Below are positions 13,495 through 26,495 of a stretch of DNA of 64,000 nt, one piece after another (positions within the stretch are counted from its first letter, which is position 1; the number at the start of each line of letters is the position of its first letter). The position numbers and the translations under genes were made by a program. The stretch covers positions 310,001 through 374,000 of the forward strand of contig CT868263.1 of assembly GCA_000165425.1 (NCBI GenBank), read 5' to 3'. The notes below the pieces were generated by a model, which was not told where the DNA came from, ran no database searches, and saw only the letters and a list, made by a program, of their open reading frames with translations. The stretch is from Paramecium tetraurelia. Lineage: Eukaryota.

Positions 13495-14176
13495 ATGTCT
13501 GTATACTTTTATATTCCAAATCTAATTGGATATGCAAGAGTAATATGTGCTCTTGTCTTTTGTTACACAGGAAGCTTTGATCCAATTGTCTCTGCTGTTG
13601 CTTATTCAGTGAGTTAATTGGGAGATCTTTTTGATGGAATGGCTGCCAGAAAATTCAAACAATGCAGTGTTTTCGGAAGTGTCTTAGATATGGTATTTCA
13701 TATGACTAATATTTCTAGGTTACTGATAGATTCTCTAATGCTTGTTTGTTGGCAGTACTCTATAAATTATATCCAACTATTGGATTTTTGTTTTTGTGGG
13801 CATTGGCCTTGGATTTATGTAGTCATTGGTATCAGATGTACTCAACTTTATATTGCAATGAAAAACATCACAAAACAGCAGTCTCTAAATACAAAATTCT
13901 AGAAATTTATTACAAAGTTCCATATATGCTATTCATCATGGTATTATTAAGCGAAGTAATTATAATTCATATATATAATTTAAGACAGCCATGGTTACTT
14001 TATATTTGAATGTATTTATTGATTGGTTTTTCATTTAAGCATTAATGTACGTTTCAGTTCCATTCTTATGTTTAAAACATGTACAATATATAATCATTAT
14101 TAATTAGTATATCAATTTTATTCAATTGATCAGTGCTTCAGATAAAATTATTGAAAAAGAATCGAACAAAATTTGA
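13495..14176 (+). CDS. PIS1: phosphatidylinositol synthase (CDP-alcohol phosphatidyltransferase)
   Basis: YIPNLIGYAR; DLFDGMAARKFKQCSVFGSVLDM|VTDR; LDLCSHWYQMY; HHK. Confidence 0.93.
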
Positions 14177-14905
14177 TTATATAATAAAAAAAAATGATTC
14201 ATTCAAATGAATTTTTATTTAAATAATATTTTCAACTATTCAGTCTATTGTCTTTATGAGATAAGCTTTAATAATACCTAAATGCTTGTATTTTCAAGCT
14301 AACAGCTAGTTATCTATTTTACGATAATATTATTCCTGCTAAAAATGTTTGATTTTTATTTAAAAGTAATATTACTAAAACTATAATTATTTATCTGGTT
14401 ATAATCTAGGGGATGCTATATTTAATGGAAAATTTAGAGTTTTTTAGAAATTGTAAAGCTTTTACCTTCACAGAGTTCTAAAAATTTTAATATTTTTCAA
14501 AAAATATAAGCCATTTTAATCTAATAAATATTCTTCTTATGGCATGTTCACTAAATTGACTCAAACTTATAATATACAATAATATGGTAGATATTATATC
14601 CAGATAAAATTAATTAAAAGGATTTCAAATTTATTTAATTCTTTTTTATCAAAAATTAGTAGAATATCAGAATGGCAACATTAAAATACAATATTCGCAT
14701 TTAAATATTAGATTCTCTTTCAGTTTTATTCATCTTTCTAATCTTAAAAAAATACAATATAAATTCTGATAAATTGTTATTTATCATGAATTTAGTTCAC
14801 TTAATAAAATTTATAAACTCAAACTAATTAACTTGGTAGGTAATAAATAATTATGGGTAGATGGCTAGAATAATTTAATGAAACTTGCAATTTAATTATT
14901 TAATA

Positions 14906-15407
14906 ATGAAATCTAAACCCTCCAAAAATTACTATCAAAGAATGTTCATTGTCAGAAATGAATCAGCTTAATCAAGGAAATACTAACTATATTAATCAGC
15001 CCCTCAAACCTCTATATCATTTATGATTAATGGCTAATCTCTTACTAAAACAAAAATCAACACCTAAACCAATCTAACACCTAAAGAAATAAAGGTTAAG
15101 TAAGCCCTCAAATCTGTATATATTATAACATTATTGGTCTTAGATCAAATATAAATTGCAATCATTAAAATTCGAATAGTCTGAAATTAAGAAATAGGTA
15201 ATGCAATAATCAGAAACTTTCAAATCTAATTTGAAATAAATCAAATCCAAAGAAGTATAAAATATTAATGCAATCCAATAATATTTTAATGAGCAAAATA
15301 AGTATCCCTTGATATATTTATATTTTCAAGGTTCTTCTAACAAGACATTTAGAAACTTCAACAACAAATAGAAGTTATAAACCTATTAAGTACAATTTTT
15401 GCAATGA
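14906..15407 (+). CDS. hypothetical low-complexity protein
   Basis: ATG to TGA in code 6, needs one short intron; no motif. Confidence 0.4.
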
Positions 15408-16022
15408 AATTATATTGTTGTATGTGATGTCATTTTAACTACATCATTCATTTCTTTTTTATTATTAAAATTGTAATCCTAGTAGAGTATTTTATTGTAT
15501 CTGACATTTAATCATTCTAATTCTAATGATACTAATGTTTCTAATTCTGTGGAAAAAATTTAGTAGACTTGATTATGATAATAAATTATTCTAATATAGC
15601 TAATCATCAAAAATAATAAAATTCAAAAAGTTAAATTGAGTCTTCTTGCTTAATTAAAAAATACATAATTGGATATTTAATAATGAGAATTTATTTGTAT
15701 GATTTTTATTTTATGTTTTCATGATATTATAAATTAAACTCTTTGATTTCATTCCTACATGATGATTCTAAAAAATTAAGATTTCTGATAAATTATATCA
15801 TAAGATTGACAGATAAGCTCTAAATCATAGATGAAATATTAAATCTTTAATATACTTTGATTTTCTTAAAGATTTTTAACCTTTTAGGATTTTACATCTA
15901 TTCACAAGAATTTATAAGAATCACTTAATTAAGAAGAGCTATAAAATTAGTTAAAAATAATGGGAAATATTGGCATTACACTAATAATTTTTATATTTTT
16001 ATTACAAAATTAAAATTAACTG

Positions 16023-16699
16023 ATGGAATACTAATTGGAATTGGCAAATAAAACCATAGAAGAATTAAAGTAAAAGCTATTGGCTGCTGAATAACAGATT
16101 GTTTCCTAAGAAACTGATAAGATTTCTAAGATTGAGTTGTAAGAAAAACAAATCGAAAGGATGAGCGATGAAATTGCTTAACTGTATAGAAAATTAGAGT
16201 CCTAAGAGCATGAATTAAGAATAAAGGTTTAATTTTAATTTAGTCTAAGGACGATTAAGATTATAAATGTGGAGCGTATATAGAAAGATTAGAGTAATAG
16301 TTAAGAGAAGCATATTATTAAATCGATGATCAAAATGAATATATGAAATAGATGGAATAAAGAATAGATCCTTTAAATTTAGAAAATATAAACCTTATTA
16401 AATAAAATAAAACTCTACAATAGGAATTAGATTATTATAAGAGATCTGTATAAAGTTAAATAAATAAACTGAAAGCAGAATATGAAATGAAGATTATAGA
16501 GTAGTAAGATAAATTGATACAAATGACAAGGACTCCAAACAAAGAAAATATTGCAATATCTTAAAATACTTCTTTTATTGATTATGGAAAGGAAAGTAGA
16601 GCTAGCAGATAATCAACTTAAGATTAATTATTTGAATTACAATCAGAATTGAACAAAAACATAAAGCTACTAAATTCCAAACTTAAGCAATATAAATGA
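16023..16699 (+). CDS. hypothetical coiled-coil protein
   Basis: MEYQLELANKTIEELKQKLL..; E/Q/K/L heptads; one short intron. Confidence 0.7.
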
Positions 16700-16992
16700 T
16701 TTAATTTGTTATATATTTGATTCAGAAAATCTTGCAATCTTGATTTTTAGCATATCTTTTGCATATTTCTTATCTTATTTATATTCCATATGATTTACAA
16801 CTCTTAATCTTTTTTATGGGAAATAATTCTCATTCACAAATTTAAATTGTATCAGATAATTCCAGATTAAATTAGATATGGAGTACGTATTTTCATAAAT
16901 AATTAATTTATATTATCATATATCAATAACAATATACTTATTTTTTGTCTTTATACTAGTTTATTAATTAATTAATAAATAGTGACATCATT

Positions 16993-18105
16993 ATGATTCA
17001 CATTCTTTGTCTTTTGATTTCAACTACTATGGCTTATTAGTCTATATTGATAATGCGCCATGGAGCAAGAGATCCTCATACATGGACTGAGATGGATAGA
17101 AACTTTTTGTGGATTGTGGATCCAACCATTTTGACAGAGAAAGGAGTTAAATAACTAATATAACTTGGGTTGAACTAATAAAGGGAAGATATATTCGATG
17201 CTTCTGGAAATTGCATTTATGAAACTTTGGAACTACAGTCCTCAAAATCTGCCAGATGCACATCATCGATAGTCTGTTTTATCAAAGGTTTATGCCCAAA
17301 AAATTATGCAGATATTTTACATAGACTATTTTAAGAATATTATCAACCCTATGTAACAAATCAGACAGCATATGATGAAATAATGAATTCTAATTTTGAA
17401 GATCCTCTTGCATTGAATTTTGAAACATTTAATAAGCCATAAGATTATATGTTCCAGGGATAAAAGAAGAATACATGCCCCAAAGTGCAAACTGTTAATA
17501 AAGCTGTTTAATCTTCAGCAAAATATAAACAATAAGAAAAAGAACTATTAAGTAGATCAGAATTCGACAAAGTTTATTATTGGATCTAAGAAGCCAATCC
17601 AAGTACGAAAATTGACAAAAGTAAACTAACTCTTGCTGATGTTGATGAATTTTATGATGATTTCTTTTGTAATCGCTTTGAAGGATTTAATTTTCCTAAT
17701 CCAGATTAAGATACTTAAAATTATATTAATGAAGTTGAACAGTTTTTAGTATATTTTGGAGCCAATTCTGAACCTTTATAACATTATGCAGGAGTATCAG
17801 AACCTTTCAGATGGATCATTTAATAATTAAGTTCAAGTCAATCTTTGAGTGTTTATTCAGGAACCGAGTCTAATTAAATGGCTATGCTTTCTGTTTTGAC
17901 TGAGCAATAATATTTGACTCCATTTGCATCTTAACTTGAATTTGTAATTTAAGGGTAAAGAGTATATATATACTTTAATAAATAATTCTTAAAAGCCTCT
18001 TATTGCTAAAGCGATTTCTATTGTACGAAATAAGAACTAATAAATTATTTAAGCAAATACGTAGTAAACAACCTTTAAGAGCAATGTAATTCAAACGAAG
18101 AATGA
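16993..18105 (+). CDS. secreted histidine acid phosphatase (branch 2)
   Basis: Signal peptide, RHGARDP, LTEKGVKQL, ARC; 370 aa, intronless. Confidence 0.88.
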
Positions 18106-18357
18106 TAAATATAAATATAATAATATAGGCTATCATTGTTTTTTATATGTTAATTTCTTATACGGCATTCTATAGAATTAGAAGAAATTTCTTTAATTTA
18201 TTGGTTTTTCAAGCCTTCCTTTGAAGCAAATCAATTAGCAAGTTATATATTTTAATATAAATATCATATTATCATAAATTTATAGTAATCTAAGAAAATA
18301 AAATAATTATAAAAAAACATATAGATAATAAATTTGATTATGTTTTATTATTTTAAA

Positions 18358-21300
18358 TCAAATTGTTCTTTAGCCCACTAATTTATTAATAGTATATGCA
18401 TCATTTTCTTTTAGAATGGCTTCAACTTGCATAAATGATTCATTTGAATCACCTAATAATAATTAATATTGAGAATTACTATCATCATATTGCAAACAGA
18501 AACAAACCCTTGATGGATTGATACCTAATTCTGGGACATGGCCAGAAGCTAACTATGCTAAATACTCTGAGATAGCACATAAAATATCTGCAGCATTTTC
18601 TTTAGTGACATCAATTGTTGCTTCACATCTAAAAATACATAAGTAATCGGTTATACTCTTTGACAACTGGAACTTGTGGTTCAGAAGGAGGAACTGGTAC
18701 TGGGGCTGATTTAGGTGAGGGAGCAGGAGCAGCCTCAGGTTCTGGTTGAGGTTCAGGCTCAGGCAAAGGTTCTGGTTAAATTTCATCAGGAATAACTGGA
18801 GGACTAACAGGTGGTGGGACGAATTCTTATTCTTCCTCTCCCCAATATGGTTGTTCTTCCTCAGGGGATGCAAATCTTTGAGCAGGAGGAACAAACTCTT
18901 CCTCTTCTTCTGGCCAATATGGTTGTTCTTCTTCAGGGAAGACATTTGGAACAGCATCTGGTGTAACAGGAACAAATTCTTATTCTTCTTCTCCCCAATA
19001 TGGTTGTTCTTCTTCAGGAGATGCAAAAGTTTCAATTTATGGAGCTGCACGACTTTCAGGAATTACAGGTTGAGGATTATATCCAAAAGGAATATCATCT
19101 GGTGTCAGTACAACATCACGAGCAGCGTCACCAATACAACGATTGACTCTCCAATTATAGAATTACCCATTGAAAGCAGGGTATAAACCATCATTACCAA
19201 TATAGAGTCTCCTCCAAGGAACAAGATAATGGCGAGCATCAAGAAGTTAATTTGCTCCAATCAATTGGTCTTCCATTAAATAAAGTGTAAAAACTAGCTA
19301 ATTCTTTAAAGTCTGTTGTATCCAAAGTAAATATGATGCCATTAACCCAATGTATTTGTATATTAAATATTATCCCATAAATTAGGATTACCAGATCCTG
19401 AATATGTGTAAGTAGAAAATTACTATATGCACCTCCGACCAATTCATTACCAAGAAAAACAGCCAAATCTCTGTCTCCTAATTTAATCTCTTCCAAATCA
19501 GCATCTGCATTTTCAGATAATCTGAAGACAGTGTGCCAAACATCTTGATCTTCTAAGGTTTCCCATTTCAACCAACCAGAAACAGCGTAACCAGCATCCC
19601 AAGTTGAAAACTCAAATATTTCATCAGATGTATCCTCAAATCCATAGAATTGATAATCCCCTAATTCATCAGTATATAATTCACAAAGTTCTACTTCAGG
19701 TGGACTATTGCATGAATCAACAAGTAAATTATATTATCTTTAACTGTTGAAGTGTAGATTTGATACTGAAGATGCAAACTGTCCATATACTTTTCCTTAG
19801 AATGATGGATGAGAATCTTATGGTCCACCAACCTTGAAGTCTAAACTAGTGTAAGTTGGATGGGAAGCAGGAGTTGATCTCAATGCTGGTAATTCTTCAA
19901 AGAACTTGACTGCACATCCAGTAACTCCTTAACCATGACTGATGAATACAAAGCTCCATTCACCTTCAAAGTCACTATTGGATACAGATGTAGATTAATG
20001 TGTAGATCCATCAACAGTAACACATTTAACACCTGTATTAGTTACAAATACTCCCAAAACTGTGTTTCCATTATCTTATAAACTGGCTAAATGGAATTCA
20101 TCACCCTCAGCAAAGGCTGGATATTTTTACAATCTTTAGAAGTATAAACCAAAACCATATTCGCCTGCAATTGTAAGTGTGCTACTAAATCCAGGGTCAA
20201 CCTAAGTAGCTGTCAACTCTATAATATCTGTAGATTCAGATGATTGGCAAATAATTGGGTCTTATTCTTCTTGTTCTTCCTCAAATACGATCTCTTCATG
20301 TTCTTCTGAGAATGGAAAACGCAAAGGAGAAATACGTGGATGTGGTGTTTCTTCAAAACCAAATGATTCTTCTTCTTCTTCTGGGAACACTAAAGGATCA
20401 TGAGTAACAGGTGGAAGGGGTGTTTCTTCAAAACCGAATGATTCTTCCTCTTCCTCTGGAAATACTACAGCATCAGGTGTAACAGGTGGAAGGGGGGTTT
20501 CTTCAAAACCGAATGATTCTTCTTCTTCTGGTGGGAAAACTAAAGGATCAGGAGAAACCGGTGGAAGAGGAGTTTCTTCAAAACCAAATGATTCTTCTTC
20601 TTCCTCTGGGAATACTACAGCATCAGGTGAGACAGGTGGATTTGAAGATTCTTCTTGATCTTCCTCTGGTTAATCAGGTGTAGTTGGTACTGCTTTTGGT
20701 TCTTCTGGTTCTTCTCCTGGAATAGTCCATTCTTCTGTTCCCTCTTCTGCCACTGTGGGTTCTTCAGGTGATCCTTCAGTGCTTGGATTAACAGGTGGTT
20801 CATCAGTTGGACCTTCCTCATCTTAAGGTACTACAGGTTCATCTGGGGTTGGTTTATCATCTGGAGTAGGTTCATCATCAGGAGTGGGTTTATCATCTGG
20901 AGTTGGTTCATCATCAGGAGTTGTTGGAGGAACACCTTCTTCGACAGGCTCTTCACTAAATTCCTCGCTTGCAACTTCTGATGGAACTTCTGGTACAGGT
21001 TCATCTGGGCATGTTGGCTAACATGCTTATTAGCATCCAGATTGAATAATATTGAGATCCTCTATCTTACCTTTGACTTTAATGACTGTAACAGGTGATT
21101 GTTAACATTATTAGTGAACATTGTTCATTTATTTAATCAGATAAGCACACAATTTAGTTAATGTTTCTGTGCATTCTTCTCTTTCATGTTTATCTTAATA
21201 ATAAAATAATAGATGTTACCATGAGATTGCAATCCTTGTAATTTGTTTTATAATTCAGAAAGCACAGGTGGGGATATGAGATCCAAGTCTTTGATCTTAT

Positions 21301-21571
21301 CAACCAACTACTAATATTTCTTGTGTTTAATTAAGTGTTTCATTTCAGTTAATGTTTCAATATGTGAAGGGATACGCTCTTTATTTTCCAAGACATTCTA
21401 CCATTGAGTCAAGGTTTGCTCCAAATCATCAAAATGTGATCGAGGAGTTTGGCAATTCAATTGGGAGGTGTCCAAAGCATCTACTTCAGCTAATGTATGG
21501 GACATCAAAGATGCCTCGAAATTCAATGCTGTTGCATACATCAATAGCACAAACATGGCATACATTCTCAT
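18358..21571 (-). CDS. large secreted Pro/Glu-repeat protein with probable ConA/LamG-like beta domains; apparent frameshifts at about 19260-19425
   Basis: Signal peptide MRMYAMFVLLMYATA; N-terminal coiled coil; YGFGLYF and YAVSGWLKW..FRL..LGDRDLAVF modules; acidic Pro repeats; Cys-containing C-terminus. Confidence 0.8.
18800..19040 (-). repeat. coding tandem repeat, 3x PEEEQPYW(G/P)EEE(Q/E)EFVP
   Basis: Repeated ccaatatggttgttcttc core on the + strand. Confidence 0.85.
20340..20640 (-). repeat. coding tandem repeat, 4x about 75 nt, FPEEEEESFGFEETPLPPV(T/S)PD
   Basis: Repeated ttcttcaaaacc(a/g)aatgattcttc on the + strand. Confidence 0.85.
20840..20925 (-). repeat. coding 18-nt repeat PTPDD(E/K)
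   Basis: PDDEPTPDDKPTPDDEPTPDDKPTPDEP. Confidence 0.8.
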
Positions 21572-23376
21572 TTTTTTATTAAATATAATAGTTATGCATT
21601 CAAAACGGATTATTACATATATTGAGTATTTAATATAAAGATCCCACATATCAAGCGAATCAAAAAGCAGCATGATAACAATACTCTACACTTAAAAGTA
21701 GCAAAGAATATGAATTTAATATAATATAGAAAATCTTTGATTAATTCAAAATAAGAGATTTTAATTAAACTTAAAAATGACACCTCATCAAAATTAGTAC
21801 ATGGCATGTTGATATAACTATTTTTTTTCTCAAATGCTACTATTAACTTCCACAAAATATTGATAGTGTGAGTTTTACTTAAGTTATCAAAAGTAGTTTT
21901 CAACAACAATTATGATCTTATTTGAATAATTATTTATAATAAGAGTACGTTCTCTCTAAATTTTTGCAACCATTGTTTAATCCTAAATTTTTCAAGTTGT
22001 TAAAAAAAAAAAAAAATTGCTGATTATAGATTTTCATTTGTAGATTAAATTTATTTTTCTGAAAGGGAAACATTTTATAAATTTTCTTACTCAAAATGCA
22101 AAAAAAATTAAATAGATCATTAGACCAAAATATACTTTACATTATCAATATCTATGTATTAAAAGCACATTAGTAATTTACTGAATATACACCTTACTTA
22201 TCTTTTCTTGATATTTAAATAGATTAAATCCTCTCTAAATTTTTCTGAAAATCTCATCAATTTTCAATTAATATCTACCTTATGAAATTTAACAAATACA
22301 ATAGAATTTTTAATCATATTTTAATTAAAATTTAGAATATTGCATCTCTAAAAATTCTATGAGATAGACATATATAAAATATGGATCATTTTTTTCACTT
22401 AGTTTGATTAAAAAATAATTCACACTATTTTAGTTAGGTTTGTGTAGCAAATATTCTTTGATAATTTAGACTTTAGAAATTTTATACATTTGGAGACCTT
22501 ATCAATACCAGATATTTCTTATTATTGAAAATGATCAACCATTCCTTTTTATAATTTTCTGTTGAATCCATCTTATAATTGTTGTTGAGGTATAAATCAA
22601 AGAGTAAAATTGAAATAAAGTTAATCTTTTACTTCAATTTATTTCTTCTATCCATTCCTCAAAATTAATTCATAAGCAATATAAATACTTAACACAAGCT
22701 AACAGTAATATTTTTTGAGAATGAAAATAAAAACATAGATAAGAGCAAAGTATTAATATAAATACTTTTTGTTAACTTAAAACATTATTAAATTAGATTA
22801 ATCAAGTTGTTAGTATATATTTTTTATTTTGCAAGACAACAATTATTCTACAGTTGTATCTTGTGTTATTAGGAATTATAATAATTATTTAGTTTATTAA
22901 CTATTAGTAATATGTTAAATCAATAGTAAAATTTAATATAAGTTTTCTTAGATGATATAAGATATTTCTTCAAAAGACTATATATTTATAAAAAAAATAT
23001 AGATTTTTGATTTAACAATAATTCTTCTACTCCACCAGAAAGTTTCATATGTAATTGATAGTTTTAGCTAACATAGTTACAATAACACAAGACTTTAAAT
23101 TTAAGATATCTAAGATGATTCTATTTTCTATTCTATTTTTAGCATTTATATTAGATTATAAATGTATTAAATTTAACCTCTCAAAGGCCTTTAAAAGAAT
23201 AATTGCAAAGACCTTAAATTTTATTACTTTATCGCTAATGTTAATAAATAACTCCATTTAATGATTAGAATTTTCATAGAGAGCTAACGTCATGTTTAAA
23301 AGAAGTACTATAATATAACAGCATAATTTCAAATTTATTTTGTATCTGGTAAATATACAATAAATTTATTATTGAA

Positions 23377-26300
23377 ATGGCAGAACATGAAAGTGAATTT
23401 GAGGGCCACGAAGAGGAATTGGAGGCACCAAAAGATTCATTATGGAGAGATGAACACGAAATGGAAAAATCTGCAAATATCGTTTATTTTCTTACCTTGG
23501 GAATTGTTTCAGGGTTGATATTAAGAGAGATCAATAAAAAGACAAAGTAATCGAAGTGATATAAAGTTAGACTCCCGTATTCTCCCATGATTTTATCATT
23601 GGGCATATTATTGGGATTACTTTAAAAAAGTTTGGGATATGTTGGTGAAAGTGCAAGTATCTTGTCAAAAATGCATCCTCACTTGATTGTGTTTGTGTTT
23701 GTCCCTGTTTTGCTATTTGAGTCAGCATTTAATTGTGATTGGTATACTTTCAAATATCAAATGGTCAACATCTTACTATTAGCTGGTCCAGGTTGTGGTT
23801 GGGTATTTGATAATTCTATAATAGGGTGCCATTCTCCTTGGAGCTATATTTAAGTTGGTTTTACAATACGATGATAATGATATGACATGGTATTAAGCAT
23901 TTACTCTTGGTTCTGTGTTATCGGCTACAGATCCTGTGGCTGTCGTTGCTTTATTAAAGGAGTTAGGGGCTAGTTTGGCATTCAATCATTTAATAGAGGG
24001 GTATTAATATTTATTTCATAATTAGAGAAGCTTTGCTGAATGATGGTGTGGCCATGGTGTTTTTTATATTTTTTAACAAATTTTCAAAAGCAGCTAGCGG
24101 AAAGGGAGAAGCGGTGACTGCAAGTTAGGTTGTTCTCAATTTTGTAAGGAATTCATTAGTAGGACCAGCTTTAGGATTAATATTAGGAATATTAGCTGCT
24201 TTGTGGACAAAGAGAATTTTGGGTGATGATATTGAAGTCACATGGTTAACATTTGTATTCACATATCTAACATTTTATTGGGCGGAGTTTTGCTTTTTTA
24301 AAACTAGTGGATTGCTTGCAGTAGTAGGTTTAGGTTTGTTTTGGAGTGCTTTTGGAAAAACTAGGATAAGATCATCAGTTGAACATTCTGTACATACTGT
24401 ATGGGGATTTGTCTAATATTCTTGTGATACTTTAATATTCTTATTGGTTGGAATTATTGTTGGTACTCAAGTTATTGAAGAAACATTTATCCATAAATCT
24501 GATTATATTAGAATGATAGTGTTCTACTTTTTTATGATTTTGGCTCGATTTATAATGATATTGACATTCTGGCCATTTTTAAGATGTTTTGGATATCCCA
24601 TCTCAAAGTCTGAATTCATAGTTCTTGTATATGGAGGTTTAAGAGGTGCCTTAGGTTTAACGTTATCTTTAATGGTTGGATGTGACGAAGAATTGCCAGC
24701 TAGATTTAGACATTTGTCTGTATTCTATGGGGCAGGAATGGCTGCAATAACAAATTTAATTAATGGTACTACTTGCAAGGCCTTGGTGCAATATCTAGAA
24801 ATGATAGAAAATCCAGTTGTTAAGAAAAAGGTGTATAAAAAATACTTGGAAGAATTGATAGTAAATTCATAAGACAAAATGAGAGAGTTAGAGTCAGATT
24901 AATTTTACAGTATGGCTGATTGGAATTAAGTGAATTAATTAATTGGTTAACCTAAATTTATAGAGAAGATAGAGAAATTAGAAACTGAAATAAAATACAT
25001 GTTAGGTAGTAATAAGGTGTAAACAAGTTCATCAAACTTATACGAAGGATTAACAGATCAAGAAATTTTTGGAGAAGTTAGATACAGAATCTATCGTATT
25101 TTGAAAGGTTTGTATTATGACAAATTTGAGTACGGATTATGTGAAGAAGACACAGTTCGTTTGTTGGTTGAATCAAGTGATATAGGTTTGGATCACACAA
25201 AGGCAATTTTAAATATTTGGGATTAATTATATAAGAATTTCTTAAATTTTAGCAGTGTGAACTTTTTCTTTAAAGTCAAGGAAATGCCATTAATAGGACC
25301 ATTTGCAAGAGACTATATGATTAAACATTTAGGATTTGTTTATGATGTAACCACAACATTTTTATCTTGTGCAAGCGAGGCATTTCATTTGACTGGAACT
25401 TTCCCAATGAGTAAAGATGCAATTAGAGTTGTGATGGAAGAACTGAATAAGGAAATTGAAAAAGCAGAAGGATATTTGGGTATATTAAATGATACTTTTC
25501 CAGAGATTGTTAGAGCAATCTAAACTAAAAGGGCATCACATTCTATTTTAACACATTAAAGACATTATCTCGATGATACACAATAGAATGGATTAGTAGA
25601 TGAAAAAGAATATTAATTGCTTAAAAAGGAAATCAATACAAGATTGGTTGATTTAGAAAATCATCAATTTGATATGGTTTTACCATCTTTCCATGTTTTG
25701 GCTATGGAATTTCCAATATTTTCTGGTCTTGTTTCAACCGATTTAGATAACATAATAAAAAGTGCTTATGAAAAGAAGTTTGGACCAGATGAAATTATAT
25801 ATGAATAAGGAATGACATGTTAGAACATATATATTGTAAGCAAAGGTAATGTTGTCGATGAATTTGCAGGAGGTACAATTAGGAAAGGTTTAGGAACCTT
25901 AATTACATATACTAATCTTATAGGTGATGGAACATGCATGAGTACAGCTAAAACCACGGCTGACTCTTTGCTTTATTCTTTAAATCTCAAAATTCTAAAA
26001 GATTTGATGAGCAAGAATCCTGATTTTGAATTCAAGATATATATTAATTCGCTTGGTAATTAACTCATTTATTCTTAGAATACTTAAGAAAGATGTTTGA
26101 AAATTAAGCTGGTCCACTTGCAAATGTAGAAATTAAGAGATTATTGGATTTCTTAAGAACTAAAAGTAAATTAAAAAAATTTACTACTAATTAAAAATGT
26201 GATTTTATTTTTGGCGGATATTTATTCAGGGGAGAATTGAAGGACATCAACAATTAAGTCTATTCTCAATATACGTAAATATCATATAATATGACTTAGT

Positions 26301-26495
26301 TATATACCTCCACAAGATACAGAGTGCTTGGTAACCAAAGATTGCCAGTGCTTGACCTTTGAAGATTCAGTAGATTCCTTCAATAATCAAATGTTGAAAT
26401 AACTTGATTTAGATCCTCATAAAGACTAGTAGATTTAAGAAAGATATTCATAGATTAAACGTACTTCTATGATGGAAAAAAGTAAACTTAATTGA
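23377..26495 (+). CDS. CPA1 Na+/H+ exchanger, SOS1/NHX7/SLC9C-like, with C-terminal cNMP-binding-like domain
   Basis: FVPVLLFESAF, LAGPG, SATDPVAVVALLKELG, EGEALLNDG, SGLLAVV, GGLRGALGLTL, LINGTT; FPIFSGL..IYEQG..IYIVSKG; five short introns. Confidence 0.93.

Noticed and set aside
18553..19186. Track ORFs 18553-19050 (-) and 18746-19186 (+) with striking repeats
   Set aside because: Off-frame and antisense shadows of the Pro/Glu repeats in the minus-strand gene
20340..20640. Regularly spaced direct repeats resembling a CRISPR array
   Set aside because: In-frame coding repeats with related 'spacers', eukaryotic context and no cas genes
21352..23261. Track ORFs at 21352, 21613 and 23055
   Set aside because: Antisense or AT-rich I/L/F/K-biased chance ORFs with no motif
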